A stretch of DNA of 64,000 bases from IMG/VR virus record IMGVR_UViG_2926647115_000001. One strand, given 5' to 3'. The notes below the pieces were generated by a model. It did not search any database. It had not been told where the DNA came from and saw nothing but the letters and a program-made list of their open reading frames with translations. The position numbers and the translations under genes were made by a program. Shown one piece after another: positions 9,254 to 18,025 of this stretch (position 1 is the stretch's first letter; every line of letters starts with the position of its first letter). Source of the stretch: a virus. Lineage: Duplodnaviria > Caudoviricetes.

Positions 9254-9978
9254 TGCGCGCTGTGACCTGGACCCCGCTGATCACCGGCACCGTGGGCTCC
9301 CACGCCTATGGGCTGGCCACCCCCACCTCCGACATGGACACGCTCGGCGTCGCCGCAGCCCCGACAGAGGCGTTCCACGGGCTGCACGCCCCGACCGGGA
9401 AGGCCGCCACCCAGGTCTCGACCGACCCGGACGTCGCTGTGCACGAGGCCGGCAAGTTCGTGTCCCTGTGCCTGTCGGCGAACCCGACCGTCACGGAGCT
9501 GCTGTGGCTGCCGGAGGACTGCTACCAGGAGGTGCACCCGCTCGGACGGGAGCTGATCGCGCTCCGCGGGTCGCTGCTCGGTGCCGAGCGGGTCCGGAAC
9601 GCGTACCTGGGGTATGCGACGCAGCAGTTCCGGCGGCTGCGTGACCGGGGCACGTCGTTCTCCTCGAACACCGCGAAGCGCACCGAGAAGCACGCCCGGC
9701 ACCTGCTGCGCCTGGTGCGCGCCGGCATGTCGCTGTACCTCGCCGGTGAGCTGCCGGTGCGGGTCGACGACCCGCAGGAGTACCACGACTTCGGCCGCAC
9801 CGTCGCCGAGGACGCGGAGCGTGGTCTCGCGCTCGCGGAGGCGACGTTGGCCGCGGCCGGGATGGCGATGGACTCCAAACCATCCGCGCTGCCGGACGAG
9901 CCCGACAAGCGGGCGGCGGAGGCGTGGCTCCTGCGCGTGCGGGCGCACTTCTTCCAGACCGCGGGGGTGGCGGCGTGA
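9253..9978 (+). CDS. Pol-beta superfamily nucleotidyltransferase (phage/YcgL type)
   Basis: VGSHAYGLATPTSDMD; NPTVTELLW; KHARHLLRL. Confidence 0.9.
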   Translation: MRAVTWTPLITGTVGSHAYGLATPTSDMDTLGVAAAPTEAFHGLHAPTGKAATQVSTDPDVAVHEAGKFVSLCLSANPTVTELLWLPEDCYQEVHPLGRELIALRGSLLGAERVRNAYLGYATQQFRRLRDRGTSFSSNTAKRTEKHARHLLRLVRAGMSLYLAGELPVRVDDPQEYHDFGRTVAEDAERGLALAEATLAAAGMAMDSKPSALPDEPDKRAAEAWLLRVRAHFFQTAGVAA

Positions 9979-10550
9979 CCGGCAGTGTGTGGTTCACCTC
10001 CGACACGCACTTCGACCACAAGCTGGTGTCCGGGCTCCGCGGCTTCGACTCGCCGACCGAGCACGACGCCGCGATCGTCGAGACGTGGAACAGCTTGGTG
10101 CGACCCGGCGACACGGTGTGGCACCTGGGGGACGTCGGCATGGGCAGGTTGTCGCGGTTCGCGCACCACGTCGAGCAGCTGCACGGCACGATCCACCTGG
10201 TCACCGGCAACCACGATGAGTGCTCCCCGATCCACCGTGGCGCGCACCTCAAGCAGCGGGAGTGGTTGGGCGTGTTCGCGTCGGTGCAGGCGTTCGCCCG
10301 GATCAAGCTCGTGCACGGCCGCAGGGTGCTGCTGTCGCACTTCCCCTACACGGGGGACCACGGACAGGACCGGTTCACCCAGTACCGGTTGCGGGACGAG
10401 GGTATGCCGTTGCTGCACGGGCACACCCACAGCTCGGAGCGCGGCGACGGGCGCCAGGTGCATGTCGGGCTCGACGCGTGGGAGCTGCGGCCGGTGCGGA
10501 CTGAGGAGGTCGCCGAGCTGCTCGGCGTTCCGGGTCCGGCGGCGGGGTAG
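9975..10550 (+). CDS. Calcineurin-like metallophosphoesterase
   Basis: SDTH, LGD, GNHD and HGHTH motifs. Confidence 0.92.
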   Translation: MTGSVWFTSDTHFDHKLVSGLRGFDSPTEHDAAIVETWNSLVRPGDTVWHLGDVGMGRLSRFAHHVEQLHGTIHLVTGNHDECSPIHRGAHLKQREWLGVFASVQAFARIKLVHGRRVLLSHFPYTGDHGQDRFTQYRLRDEGMPLLHGHTHSSERGDGRQVHVGLDAWELRPVRTEEVAELLGVPGPAAG

Positions 10551-10585
10551 CGTGCAGGGCGGAGCACAACACGGAGGCACGAGGG

Positions 10586-10768
10586 ATGAGCGACACCAGG
10601 GCGACGTTGGCGGACTGGCCGGATTGCGAGACCGAGGGGTGCGACGGGAAGATCCTGCTGCGCCCGGAGGGCGAGAACAAGCGGACGAAGTGCGCCCGGT
10701 GCGAGATGGCCGGGCTCGCCCCGCGGACCGAGCTGCCGCCGCTGCCGGAGCCCTACGCGGCTAAGTGA
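10586..10768 (+). CDS. Small Zn-binding protein
   Basis: CxxxxC..CxxC; RBS. Confidence 0.6.
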   Translation: MSDTRATLADWPDCETEGCDGKILLRPEGENKRTKCARCEMAGLAPRTELPPLPEPYAAK

Positions 10769-10781
10769 CCAGCCAGCAGTG

Positions 10782-10817
10782 AAACGGCCCCGCACCGAGT
10801 TGGTGCGGGGCCGTTTT
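10782..10817. terminator. Bidirectional terminator
   Basis: AAACGGCCCCGCACC..GGTGCGGGGCCGTTTT between convergent units. Confidence 0.8.
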
Positions 10818-11030
10818 CGTGTCGGCACCCCAGCCGCACGCCTGTAGGGAAGCGGCCCCCGCGCCGGTCCCCGGCCGGAGGAGCGCGCGCGGCGGCCGCT
10901 TGCCGTCCGGCCTCCCACGGCCCCTGGGACCAGCCAGGACTGGTAGGCGTGTCCCCAGCTTCGTCGCCTGCGCAGGGCGACCCTGTTTCCGGGTGTTGCG
11001 GCGGCTGCTGCGCCGGCCGCCGCACCGGAG

Positions 11031-11101
11031 AGGTGATGGCGGGAATCGAACCCGCGTGGACGGCTTTGCAGGCCGTTGCCTAGCCACTCGGCCACACCAC
11101 C
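11031..11101 (-). tRNA. tRNA-Cys(GCA), CCA not encoded
   Basis: GGTGGTG/CATCACC acceptor stem, TGGCCGAGTGG D arm, CTGCAAA anticodon loop, GGTTCGATTCC T arm, U discriminator. Confidence 0.95.
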
Positions 11102-11127
11102 TGGCGCGCTGTTGCGCGCCGTCGAGC

Positions 11128-11448
11128 CTACGCGTCAGCGCCGAACGCGGAGTCCCTGGCGCGCCGGAGCGCGCGGATCATGCGGTTGCAGCCATCACGG
11201 TCGAGGGTGATGGCGAACCCGGTGCAAGGCTCGCCGTGGTCCAGGCCCCACAGGGTCTCGCCGGTGTTGCCCTCCGCGCTGATGCGCCGCTCGGGGAATC
11301 GGGCTGGGCTGTCAGGGTCTTCGGTCATGACCTGGACGTATCCGGGTTCCGGGTCGTGGTAGGCGTGCGCGGTGTTGCCCGCGGGCTTCCAGATCACCTG
11401 GGCGCGGTTGTGCTGGCCGTCGATGCCTTGGATGTTCTCGTGCGGCAT
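11128..11448 (-). CDS. Hypothetical phage protein
   Basis: LDRDGCNRMIRALRRARDSAFGADA; GGAGG RBS. Confidence 0.75.
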   Translation of the reverse strand: MPHENIQGIDGQHNRAQVIWKPAGNTAHAYHDPEPGYVQVMTEDPDSPARFPERRISAEGNTGETLWGLDHGEPCTGFAITLDRDGCNRMIRALRRARDSAFGADA

Positions 11449-11530
11449 GATGCCGCCCCCCTCCAGTTGTTCTCCCATCACGGGGTCCCATCGCGGGACG
11501 GGTTGATGCTACGCCCGCCGACACGTGAGA

Positions 11531-11560
11531 TCGCAACACTGGCGGGTATAGTCGTGTACA
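11531..11560 (+). promoter_or_regulatory. Family B promoter
   Basis: TCGCAAC..GGG-TATAGT-CGTGTACA. Confidence 0.75.
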
Positions 11561-11601
11561 ACTAGATCTCTGCTCACTGACACGACCACCGGGAGGTGTC
11601 G

Positions 11602-11730
11602 ATGCTGCGCATACTGGGCCAGCTCCTCGACGAACTGGCCGACCGCGCCGACGAGGACGCGGCGATGTTCCGCCGCGCCGCGGGCTGGCTCACCGAGATC
11701 GACCGCAAGGCCAATCGGAAGCCCGCATGA
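11602..11730 (+). CDS. Small hypothetical protein
   Basis: GGAGG RBS; ATGA overlap with next gene. Confidence 0.6.
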   Translation: MLRILGQLLDELADRADEDAAMFRRAAGWLTEIDRKANRKPA

Positions 11731-12095
11731 CCAGCATGGAACTGAACGAACGGGACGTGTTCGCTGCGATCCTGCCGGCCGAGCTGCGCGAGGACTTCGC
11801 GTTCTGGCTGCGGACACGCGCGCATTCGATGGGCGAGATGCCCAGCGACAGCAACGTAAAGACCTACCTCGCCCGCCCCACCATCACGGCCGTGCGCGAC
11901 GAGAGTTTGACGCCGCGGGAGCTGCAGGTGCTCCGCGGGATCGCCGACGGCAAAACAGATCGGACGATAGGCCGCGAGCTGTACCTGTCCGCGGACACGG
12001 TGAAGGCCACAGCGGCGCGGATATACCGCAAGCTGGGAGTGGCGAACCGCACGGAGGCCGCGGTCGCGGCGGTGCGGCGACGGTTGATTCCGTAG
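11727..12095 (+). CDS. LuxR-family HTH regulator
   Basis: LTPRELQVLRGIADGKT..IGRELYLS..TVK..IYRKLGVANR. Confidence 0.9.
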   Translation: MTSMELNERDVFAAILPAELREDFAFWLRTRAHSMGEMPSDSNVKTYLARPTITAVRDESLTPRELQVLRGIADGKTDRTIGRELYLSADTVKATAARIYRKLGVANRTEAAVAAVRRRLIP

Positions 12096-12109
12096 CAACC
12101 CTTCTCTAC

Positions 12110-12137
12110 CGCAACAGTCGCGGGTATAGTCGTTTAC
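12110..12137 (+). promoter_or_regulatory. Family B promoter (leaderless)
   Basis: CGCAAC..GGG-TATAGT-CGTTTAC-ATG. Confidence 0.8.
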
Positions 12138-12383
12138 ATGCCGCATCGTTGGATCGACGACACCGCACCGCACGAACTTCACGCCGCCGTCACCCATGCC
12201 GGCCCCGTCACGGTGCGCCGCGCCTACTTCGCCGACGGCACCGGCGCGGTCTCGATGCAACACCACTGCACCGGCCACGTGCGCGGCGTACGGACCCCGA
12301 CGCACCGCGCGGCGCGGGAGCTCGCCGAACAGTTCGCCGATCGCGTCGCCAGCCGCCTGCCCGAACCCGCAGACGCGGCATAG
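12138..12383 (+). CDS. Hypothetical protein
   Basis: ATG 7 nt after the -10 box. Confidence 0.7.
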   Translation: MPHRWIDDTAPHELHAAVTHAGPVTVRRAYFADGTGAVSMQHHCTGHVRGVRTPTHRAARELAEQFADRVASRLPEPADAA

Positions 12384-12460
12384 ACCGCCGGCCGGGGCGC
12401 GGTGACCGCCCCTTCGCCCCGGCCGGTCTCCAATCGACCCACCACACGCCCTGGGGAATC

Positions 12461-12661
12461 ATGTCCGCAGACCGCGACAGCCTCGCTCGCCACCGCGCCT
12501 ACAGCCTGCTGATGATCACCGTCCTCCTGCTGACGGCGGCGCTGCTGCTGATGCTGATCACCCCTGCCGCGCCTGGTGTCACGTTCGGCACCGCCGTTGC
12601 TGCCGGGGCTGCGCTCGTCACCGCCGCCACCGTGCGCCCGAGGGGCGGCGGTCGCAGATGA
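12461..12661 (+). CDS. Small two-TM membrane protein
   Basis: Two hydrophobic segments. Confidence 0.65.
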   Translation: MSADRDSLARHRAYSLLMITVLLLTAALLLMLITPAAPGVTFGTAVAAGAALVTAATVRPRGGGRR

Positions 12662-13440
12662 TGGGCCGCACCCACGCGCTCACCGGCTGGTGCGCCGGGT
12701 TAGCGCTCGCGCCCGCGCTCGGCGCCGGTTCGCTGCATGAGGCCGTGGTGTTCGGCGCCACGACCGCCGGGTTCGCACTCCTGCCGGACCTCGACCACCC
12801 GGAGGCACGCGCATCACGGTCCCTCGGCCCCATCACCGGCGGCGCGTCGTGGGCGCTGCGCGCCGCCTCGAGCGTGCTGTACCGGGCGACGATGGGGCCG
12901 CGCGACGAGCAGTGGCGCACCGGCGAGCACCGGCACCTCTCGCACACCGTGCTATTCGCCGTCGCGCTCGGGTTCGCCACCGCCGCGGCCACCGCTGTCG
13001 GGGGCGCGGCCGTCGTCGGGGTAGTGGTGTGGTTCGCGCTCCTGCTCGCCGCTGGGGCGCTCGGCCGGTGGATCTGGTTGGTCGGGGGCGGTGCCGCGGT
13101 AGTGTGGCTCGCCCAGGCCGGCGGTGACGTCGCAGGCCAGCTCGACCAGCTCGCCGGGTCGCTCGGGATCGCCGTCACTGTTGGGTGCTTCGTGCACTGC
13201 CTGGGGGACGCGCTCACCGAGTCCGGGTGCCCGTTCCTGTTCCCCATACCGATCCGCGGCGAGACCTGGTACGAGATCCGACCCCCGGCGTTCCTGCGGT
13301 TCCACACCGGCTCCGCGTTCGAGGAGAACATCGTGTTCTCCGTGTTCGCAGTGCTCGGGATCGTGCTGGTGCCCGGGGTGTGGCCCGTACTCACCGAGAT
13401 CTACACCAACGTCGGGAACACCGTGGAGGCCCTGTCATGA
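12658..13440 (+). CDS. Membrane metal-dependent hydrolase (YdjM-like)
   Basis: MMGRTH, LLPDLDHP, HRHLSHT, HCLGDALT motifs. Confidence 0.88.
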   Translation: MMGRTHALTGWCAGLALAPALGAGSLHEAVVFGATTAGFALLPDLDHPEARASRSLGPITGGASWALRAASSVLYRATMGPRDEQWRTGEHRHLSHTVLFAVALGFATAAATAVGGAAVVGVVVWFALLLAAGALGRWIWLVGGGAAVVWLAQAGGDVAGQLDQLAGSLGIAVTVGCFVHCLGDALTESGCPFLFPIPIRGETWYEIRPPAFLRFHTGSAFEENIVFSVFAVLGIVLVPGVWPVLTEIYTNVGNTVEALS

Positions 13441-13700
13441 CGTGGATCGACTGGGCATTCATCATCATGGTTCTGGCCGCGCTGATCGCGTTCGTCCTGT
13501 TCAAACACGTCGAGGACCGGCGTAGCGCTCGCGCCCGGGCCGAGCTGGCGGCCGCGGTGCGACGCGAGTTCACCTGCCACGCCTCGACTGTGCGCGGCGG
13601 CCGGCACACGATCTGCGGGGCACGGCTGCCGTGGCCGGGTCAGCCCTGCCCAGCCGGTCACCTCCACACCGACAACCCGCCCGGGAGCGACGCCGCCTGA
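13437..13700 (+). CDS. Membrane-anchored Zn-finger protein
   Basis: TM helix plus C..C..C..H. Confidence 0.7.
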   Translation: MTWIDWAFIIMVLAALIAFVLFKHVEDRRSARARAELAAAVRREFTCHASTVRGGRHTICGARLPWPGQPCPAGHLHTDNPPGSDAA

Positions 13701-13718
13701 TCAACAACGCCCGGCCGC

Positions 13719-14072
13719 TCACCGTGGCCGGTGGCGCGCCTTGCGCTGCTCCAGGCCCATCGCGCGGAGCAGGTTCAGCGCGGCGCGGCGGATGTCTCGC
13801 CCGTCGCCGTGGCCGCCGATCACCCACAGCAGCTCCGCCAGCGCGACGCCGGCGTCCTTCTGCAGCCGGTCGAGGTAGCGCGCGATCTCTGGTGCCCAGC
13901 GGCCGTGCAGGGTGGCGACGGGTTCACCGTCGGCGAACTGCTCACGGAGCACGATGTCGCCGCGGTCGGTGTGCTCGACGACCAGGAACGGCAGGCGCCC
14001 GGAGATCTTGCGCCACTGGTCGGCGAGTTCAGCGATGCGCGCGCGTTCGGCGCGGCCCTGGTCGTCACCCAC
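13719..14072 (-). CDS. Hypothetical protein, probably SOS-regulated
   Basis: LexA box immediately upstream. Confidence 0.7.
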   Translation of the reverse strand: MGDDQGRAERARIAELADQWRKISGRLPFLVVEHTDRGDIVLREQFADGEPVATLHGRWAPEIARYLDRLQKDAGVALAELLWVIGGHGDGRDIRRAALNLLRAMGLEQRKARHRPR

Positions 14073-14080
14073 CCCTTGAG

Positions 14081-14096
14081 TAGAACATGTGTTCGA
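14081..14096 (-). promoter_or_regulatory. LexA (SOS) box
   Basis: TCGAACACATGTTCTA, one mismatch to actinobacterial TCGAAC-N4-GTTCGA. Confidence 0.8.
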
Positions 14097-14126
14097 CTTG
14101 ATCGCCAGATGGGTGGGAGCGAGCTG

Positions 14127-14774
14127 TCAGCCGGCCGCGCCTGCTCCCTCGCGGCGCTCGCGGCGAGCCTGTCGTCGGGCCTCTAACCGGGCCGGGGCTT
14201 GGTAGACCTCCTCAAGCACCTCGCCCATGAGCTCGAGAATCTCGGCCGACTCTTCCTCGAATACCGGCTCGACGAAATCTCCGTGGGCCATGTCGTTGCC
14301 CAAGAACCGAACCTCGTGGGCCTGTTCCCGCACCAACTCGCGAATGAGACCGCGGGTGTGCAGCTCGTTGATCTTGCTGTCCAGATTCCCGCCGGTAATG
14401 CCCTTGTCCTTTGCGGTCGCCTCGATCACGGAGCGGGCGAGCAACACCGCGGATCGGAACGATCCGATGCTGTGGTCGGCGTGAGCCTCTGAGGCGGCGC
14501 TTGCGATATGGTCCGGAACGTCCGGAAAGTCGCGGCCGATCGGGTGTCTCGGTAGCCAGATGACCGGGATCTCTCCGCGATGCATCTGCGCGAGAATCGA
14601 CCTACCGACACCGGAGTTTGTGAACTTTTGTGCCGTCCGCGCGATGGAGAGCTGGCCGCATTCGTCGCAGGCAAAGACCGCACTCCACGTATCGTCTACA
14701 GCCCGCCTTGCCTCATCGCCGCGAGGCGTCTGGTGGGCCGAAACGCCGCAATGCCAACACACCCGGTTTGCCAT
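14127..14774 (-). CDS. DUF4145 (HEPN-like) protein with N-terminal Zn ribbon
   Basis: CWHC..CDEC; ARSVIEA..L.SKI..L..RFLGNDMAH. Confidence 0.85.
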   Translation of the reverse strand: MANRVCWHCGVSAHQTPRGDEARRAVDDTWSAVFACDECGQLSIARTAQKFTNSGVGRSILAQMHRGEIPVIWLPRHPIGRDFPDVPDHIASAASEAHADHSIGSFRSAVLLARSVIEATAKDKGITGGNLDSKINELHTRGLIRELVREQAHEVRFLGNDMAHGDFVEPVFEEESAEILELMGEVLEEVYQAPARLEARRQARRERREGAGAAG

Positions 14775-14843
14775 CCGCAGGATCTTAGCGGGGACGTACG
14801 ACGGTGCCCGCATGCCGGACCCACTGCGCGGGCAGGACTAGAC

Positions 14844-14898
14844 ACGAGAAAGCCCCAGCGGGGTTGGTATCCATCCCGGCCCGCTGGGGCTCTCTCGT
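14844..14898 (-). terminator. Hairpin terminator
   Basis: About 19-bp inverted repeat ACGAGAAAGCCCCAGCGGG / CCCGCTGGGGCTCTCTCGT. Confidence 0.8.
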
Positions 14899-14909
14899 CG
14901 TCAATGGCT

Positions 14910-14974
14910 GGAGGAGTGGAGAGGGCTACAGTCACATCCGAAGTGTTTGAGAAGGAAGTCCTCTCGATGCCTCC
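14910..14974 (-). ncRNA. Candidate small structured RNA (Y-RNA-like architecture) linked to the TerD-family gene
   Basis: TACAAT 7 nt upstream; GGAGG/CCUCC and GAGAGG/CCUCUC stems, pyrimidine-rich loop, cUUCGg hairpin; terminator downstream. Confidence 0.55.
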
Positions 14975-15001
14975 GTGAACCATTGTAGCGCAACAGTTTC
15001 G

Positions 15002-17155
15002 CTACTCCGGGATCAGGTCCGCCAGGTTGTCCACCGTGATCACCCGCGTCGACTCAGGCAGCCCCTCCGGCCGCTCCCAGCCGATGAAGGTGACCGGGCC
15101 GTCGACGTGCTGCCCGTGCCACGGCTCCACCTTGGAGTGCTGGCCGGCCATGCCGATCAGGTAGCCGACGTTCAGGTACTCGCGGTCGATGATGCCGCGC
15201 GCCAGCGTCCCGGCGGTGGCCCTGGTGTGCTCAACCTGGTTGAGCTGGGCCCGGCCGCTGGTGTAGAGGTGCAGCCACTTGGCCCACCACGCGCCGTCGT
15301 CGTCGCGCAGGAACAGCACTGGGAACGCGACCCGGCCGCGGCCGGTCAGGTCGGACTTCGCGCGCACTGTGCGGGGCTCGTAGGGCTGGCCCTTCTGGGC
15401 GCGGTCGCGGGTCATGTACCCGAAGAACGCCTCCGCGGCCTTGATGAACGACTCCCCGGCGAACAGGAGCACCTGCGGCATCACGTACCGGGCGTCGACG
15501 CTGCCGTGGGGGACGTCGATGATCTCGGTGGCGCCGTCGCGGGCGTCGGTGATGTCGCCGGAGTGCACGATCTCCCCGTGCCGAAGCGCGGTGTAGGAGA
15601 CGTGCCCGGCCTCGCGGAACCCGTCGGCGTACAGCTGCACGGACAGGTCGTAGTCGGTGCGGCGCTCGTTCTGCCGCCAGTGGATGAAGAACGACAGCAC
15701 GTCCCCGCTGATGCGCTGCATGGAGCCGCGGGGCACGACGCCCATGCCGCGTGGGGCGGTCTTGCCGGACAGTGGGAGCGCGATCCGCAGGAAATCGGGG
15801 TCGAACAGCACGGTGCCCTCCACCCGGTCGGCGAGGCGGGCGGTGATCTCGCTGTCGATGGCGGCGCACAGCTCGTGCACGAGGCCGTGCGGCAGCGGCA
15901 GGCGGTTGTCCTCGGTGACCCAGGCCTTGCCCTTGCGGTTGGTGAACACCCGGGGCGTGCCGTCGCGCTCCGCGACCCGGTTGATCAGGTGCTCACGCAC
16001 CGACAGCAGCACCCGCGCCGACACCTTGCCGCGGACGGCGTGCACGGCGTCCAGGATCGCGCTGTGCGCGTCCGGCCCCGCCGCGCGGGCAACCCGGTCC
16101 AGGGAGCGCATCAACAGCCCCGGCGCGGCCTGCAGGACCCGCACGGCGCCTGGCACGTCCCCGACGCCGAGGGCGGCGTCGACGCGGGCAGCGATCGACG
16201 GCACGTAGTCATCGCCGCGAGCGACGGTGAACACCCGGGCGGCGTTTGGGTACCGGTCCGCGTAGTCCTCGGCGTGGAGCCCGCCGGCCAGCCGCACCCA
16301 GGCGCGGGCGTGGGCCTTGACGTCGCCCAGCTTGGCGGGATTGGCGGCGACCGTGTCGAGCGCGGCGAGCAGCGCGCGCCGGTCTTTCCGGGACAGGCCG
16401 CGGAACCGAGTCGCGGTCTCGAGCGTGACGTCCCCGCCGGACAGCGCCGCGGCGAGCCGGAGCACGTCGGTCACGGTGTCCACCAGCAGCGGCCGGTGGT
16501 GGGCGAACCGCACCCGGTTGATGACCGCGCGGTTCTCGCGCGCGGGGATCGTGTCGGGCTGGGTGTTGTCGGCGCAGAACACGGCCAGGGTCTCGAACAG
16601 GGCGCGGTCGTGCTCCGGCAGCGGCACCGTGGAGGAGGCGAGCTGCAGGTAGAGGCGGTGGGCTTCATCCTGCAACGTGCCGCCGAGGTGCAGCACCGTG
16701 ACCCTGTCGCCCGCGGCGGCGATCAGCTCTTCGTGGGCGGCCAGCATCTCGTAGTAGGTGTGCTGGTACCGGCCGTACGTGGGCAGGTCCACCAGGTTGA
16801 TGGTGCCGAAGCTGGACAGCGTCACCTGCCCGTCGGCGGGGGCGAGCTGGCCGAGGCACTGGAGCCAGAACGTGATGGTGTCCGGCACGCCCTGCGGGAA
16901 CCGCTTGAAGTACACGTTGTGCTGGACGTGGTCGCCGGCCAGTTCGCGCACGGCGCCGAGCACCGACACGCCGAGGTCGATCACCACGCCCGGGGACATG
17001 GCGGACAGCTGCCGCAGCAGCTCGCCGGACAGCTTGAATCCGACGTCCATGAGGGCGGCGTCGAGCTGGCGGGCGACGGTGGCGCCGTCTCCGGAGGGGC
17101 CGGTCGGGATCGGCACCCGCTTGGTGCGCTGCACGAGCAGCGTGGTCAACGACAT
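15002..17155 (-). CDS. Large TerD-domain family protein (helical N-terminal region plus TerD-like C-terminus)
   Basis: HNVYFKRFPQGVPD; TVTDVLRLAAALSGGD; FFIHW..DYDLS..HSGDITDA..GATEIIDV. Confidence 0.85.
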   Translation of the reverse strand: MSLTTLLVQRTKRVPIPTGPSGDGATVARQLDAALMDVGFKLSGELLRQLSAMSPGVVIDLGVSVLGAVRELAGDHVQHNVYFKRFPQGVPDTITFWLQCLGQLAPADGQVTLSSFGTINLVDLPTYGRYQHTYYEMLAAHEELIAAAGDRVTVLHLGGTLQDEAHRLYLQLASSTVPLPEHDRALFETLAVFCADNTQPDTIPARENRAVINRVRFAHHRPLLVDTVTDVLRLAAALSGGDVTLETATRFRGLSRKDRRALLAALDTVAANPAKLGDVKAHARAWVRLAGGLHAEDYADRYPNAARVFTVARGDDYVPSIAARVDAALGVGDVPGAVRVLQAAPGLLMRSLDRVARAAGPDAHSAILDAVHAVRGKVSARVLLSVREHLINRVAERDGTPRVFTNRKGKAWVTEDNRLPLPHGLVHELCAAIDSEITARLADRVEGTVLFDPDFLRIALPLSGKTAPRGMGVVPRGSMQRISGDVLSFFIHWRQNERRTDYDLSVQLYADGFREAGHVSYTALRHGEIVHSGDITDARDGATEIIDVPHGSVDARYVMPQVLLFAGESFIKAAEAFFGYMTRDRAQKGQPYEPRTVRAKSDLTGRGRVAFPVLFLRDDDGAWWAKWLHLYTSGRAQLNQVEHTRATAGTLARGIIDREYLNVGYLIGMAGQHSKVEPWHGQHVDGPVTFIGWERPEGLPESTRVITVDNLADLIPE

Positions 17156-17263
17156 GTGGTTCCCCCTAGCTGTTGCGGTTGATCGTGCCATTCCCGGCGG
17201 GGCTGGCCGAAACGGTTATGCGTGGGCGGTGGTGTGCGCGTCCTCGCGGCGCAGGCTTCCGGG

Positions 17264-17449
17264 TCAGGGCAGGAGGGTCCAGTGCCCGGCGGGGAGCTGG
17301 GCGCGGACGTCGGCGTAGTAGCCGGTGGCATCGTGCTGGCGGGTGCCGTCGGTGAAGATCCAGGAGCCGTAGCCCTGGGGCTGTTTGCCGTGGGTGTCGA
17401 TGTAGTCGCTGGTGTCGACGGTGCGGCGGCGGGCGCGGTTGGTGTTCAT
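17264..17449 (-). CDS. Small phage protein
   Basis: HGKQPQGYGSWIF; first gene after a family A promoter. Confidence 0.75.
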   Translation of the reverse strand: MNTNRARRRTVDTSDYIDTHGKQPQGYGSWIFTDGTRQHDATGYYADVRAQLPAGHWTLLP

Positions 17450-17486
17450 GGTTACCCCCGGTGGTGTTGTGGTCCGTACCCCATGA

Positions 17487-17515
17487 ACCTTACACAAGTT
17501 GCGCAACTGCGGCAA
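17487..17515 (-). promoter_or_regulatory. Family A promoter with operator
   Basis: TTGCCG-17-TAAGGT with AGTTGCGCAACT in the spacer. Confidence 0.85.
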
Positions 17516-17599
17516 TTCAGTGCGACCGGTCCATGAGAGGGCGCGCACCACACCGCTCATCCCCACCGGGTTTTCCGGGTCGATCGCCGCTCCCCCTCA

Positions 17600-18025
17600 C
17601 TGCTGTTGCGTTTCGCGGTCGGGCTCGGATGGCACCCGAACCGGCCGCGGGCGTGGCAGTCCGGGCAGCTGCACACCGAGTACGACGGGTGAATCGCGCC
17701 AGCAACGCCGCCCGCGTCGCCGACCGGCACATGAAGATCATGTCTCGCTACGAGGACGCCGGGGTGTGCCCGTCCTGCCGGGAGCCGGTGACGCAGCGGC
17801 AGAAGTCGTTGACGTTCCACACGAACCTGGAGATCTCGGGCGGCCCGCCGGTGACATTCCACGTTGGCCGCGGCGGGTGCCGCCGCGATGCCGCCCGCCA
17901 CGAGGAGCGGTGGGTTGCGGCGGACCCGAAGCGCCGCAAGACCACGCTCTCGTGCACCGGGCACGTCACGAACCACAACGACGGCACCTACGACTGCCCC
18001 CAGCTCGGCGACTGCCCGGGCCCTG
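17600..18025 (+). pseudogene. Gene fragment (Cys-rich domain)
   Basis: Coding-like CPSCREPVTQRQKS..CPQLGDCP segment without a clean start or end. Confidence 0.5.

Noticed and set aside
10950-11030. HDV-like (theta) ribozyme at the tRNA 3' end
   Set aside because: A P4-like hairpin followed by CGAA is present, but no P1 partner or proper L3/P1.1 could be built
11031-11101. tRNA as attachment site
   Set aside because: No duplicated 3' fragment or integrase nearby; element genes continue on both sides
14975-17182. Long antisense/alternative-frame ORFs (also 173-2050, 30820-33096, 46239-48656, 54754-56700)
   Set aside because: Shadow ORFs typical of high-GC DNA, overlapping genes with recognisable motifs
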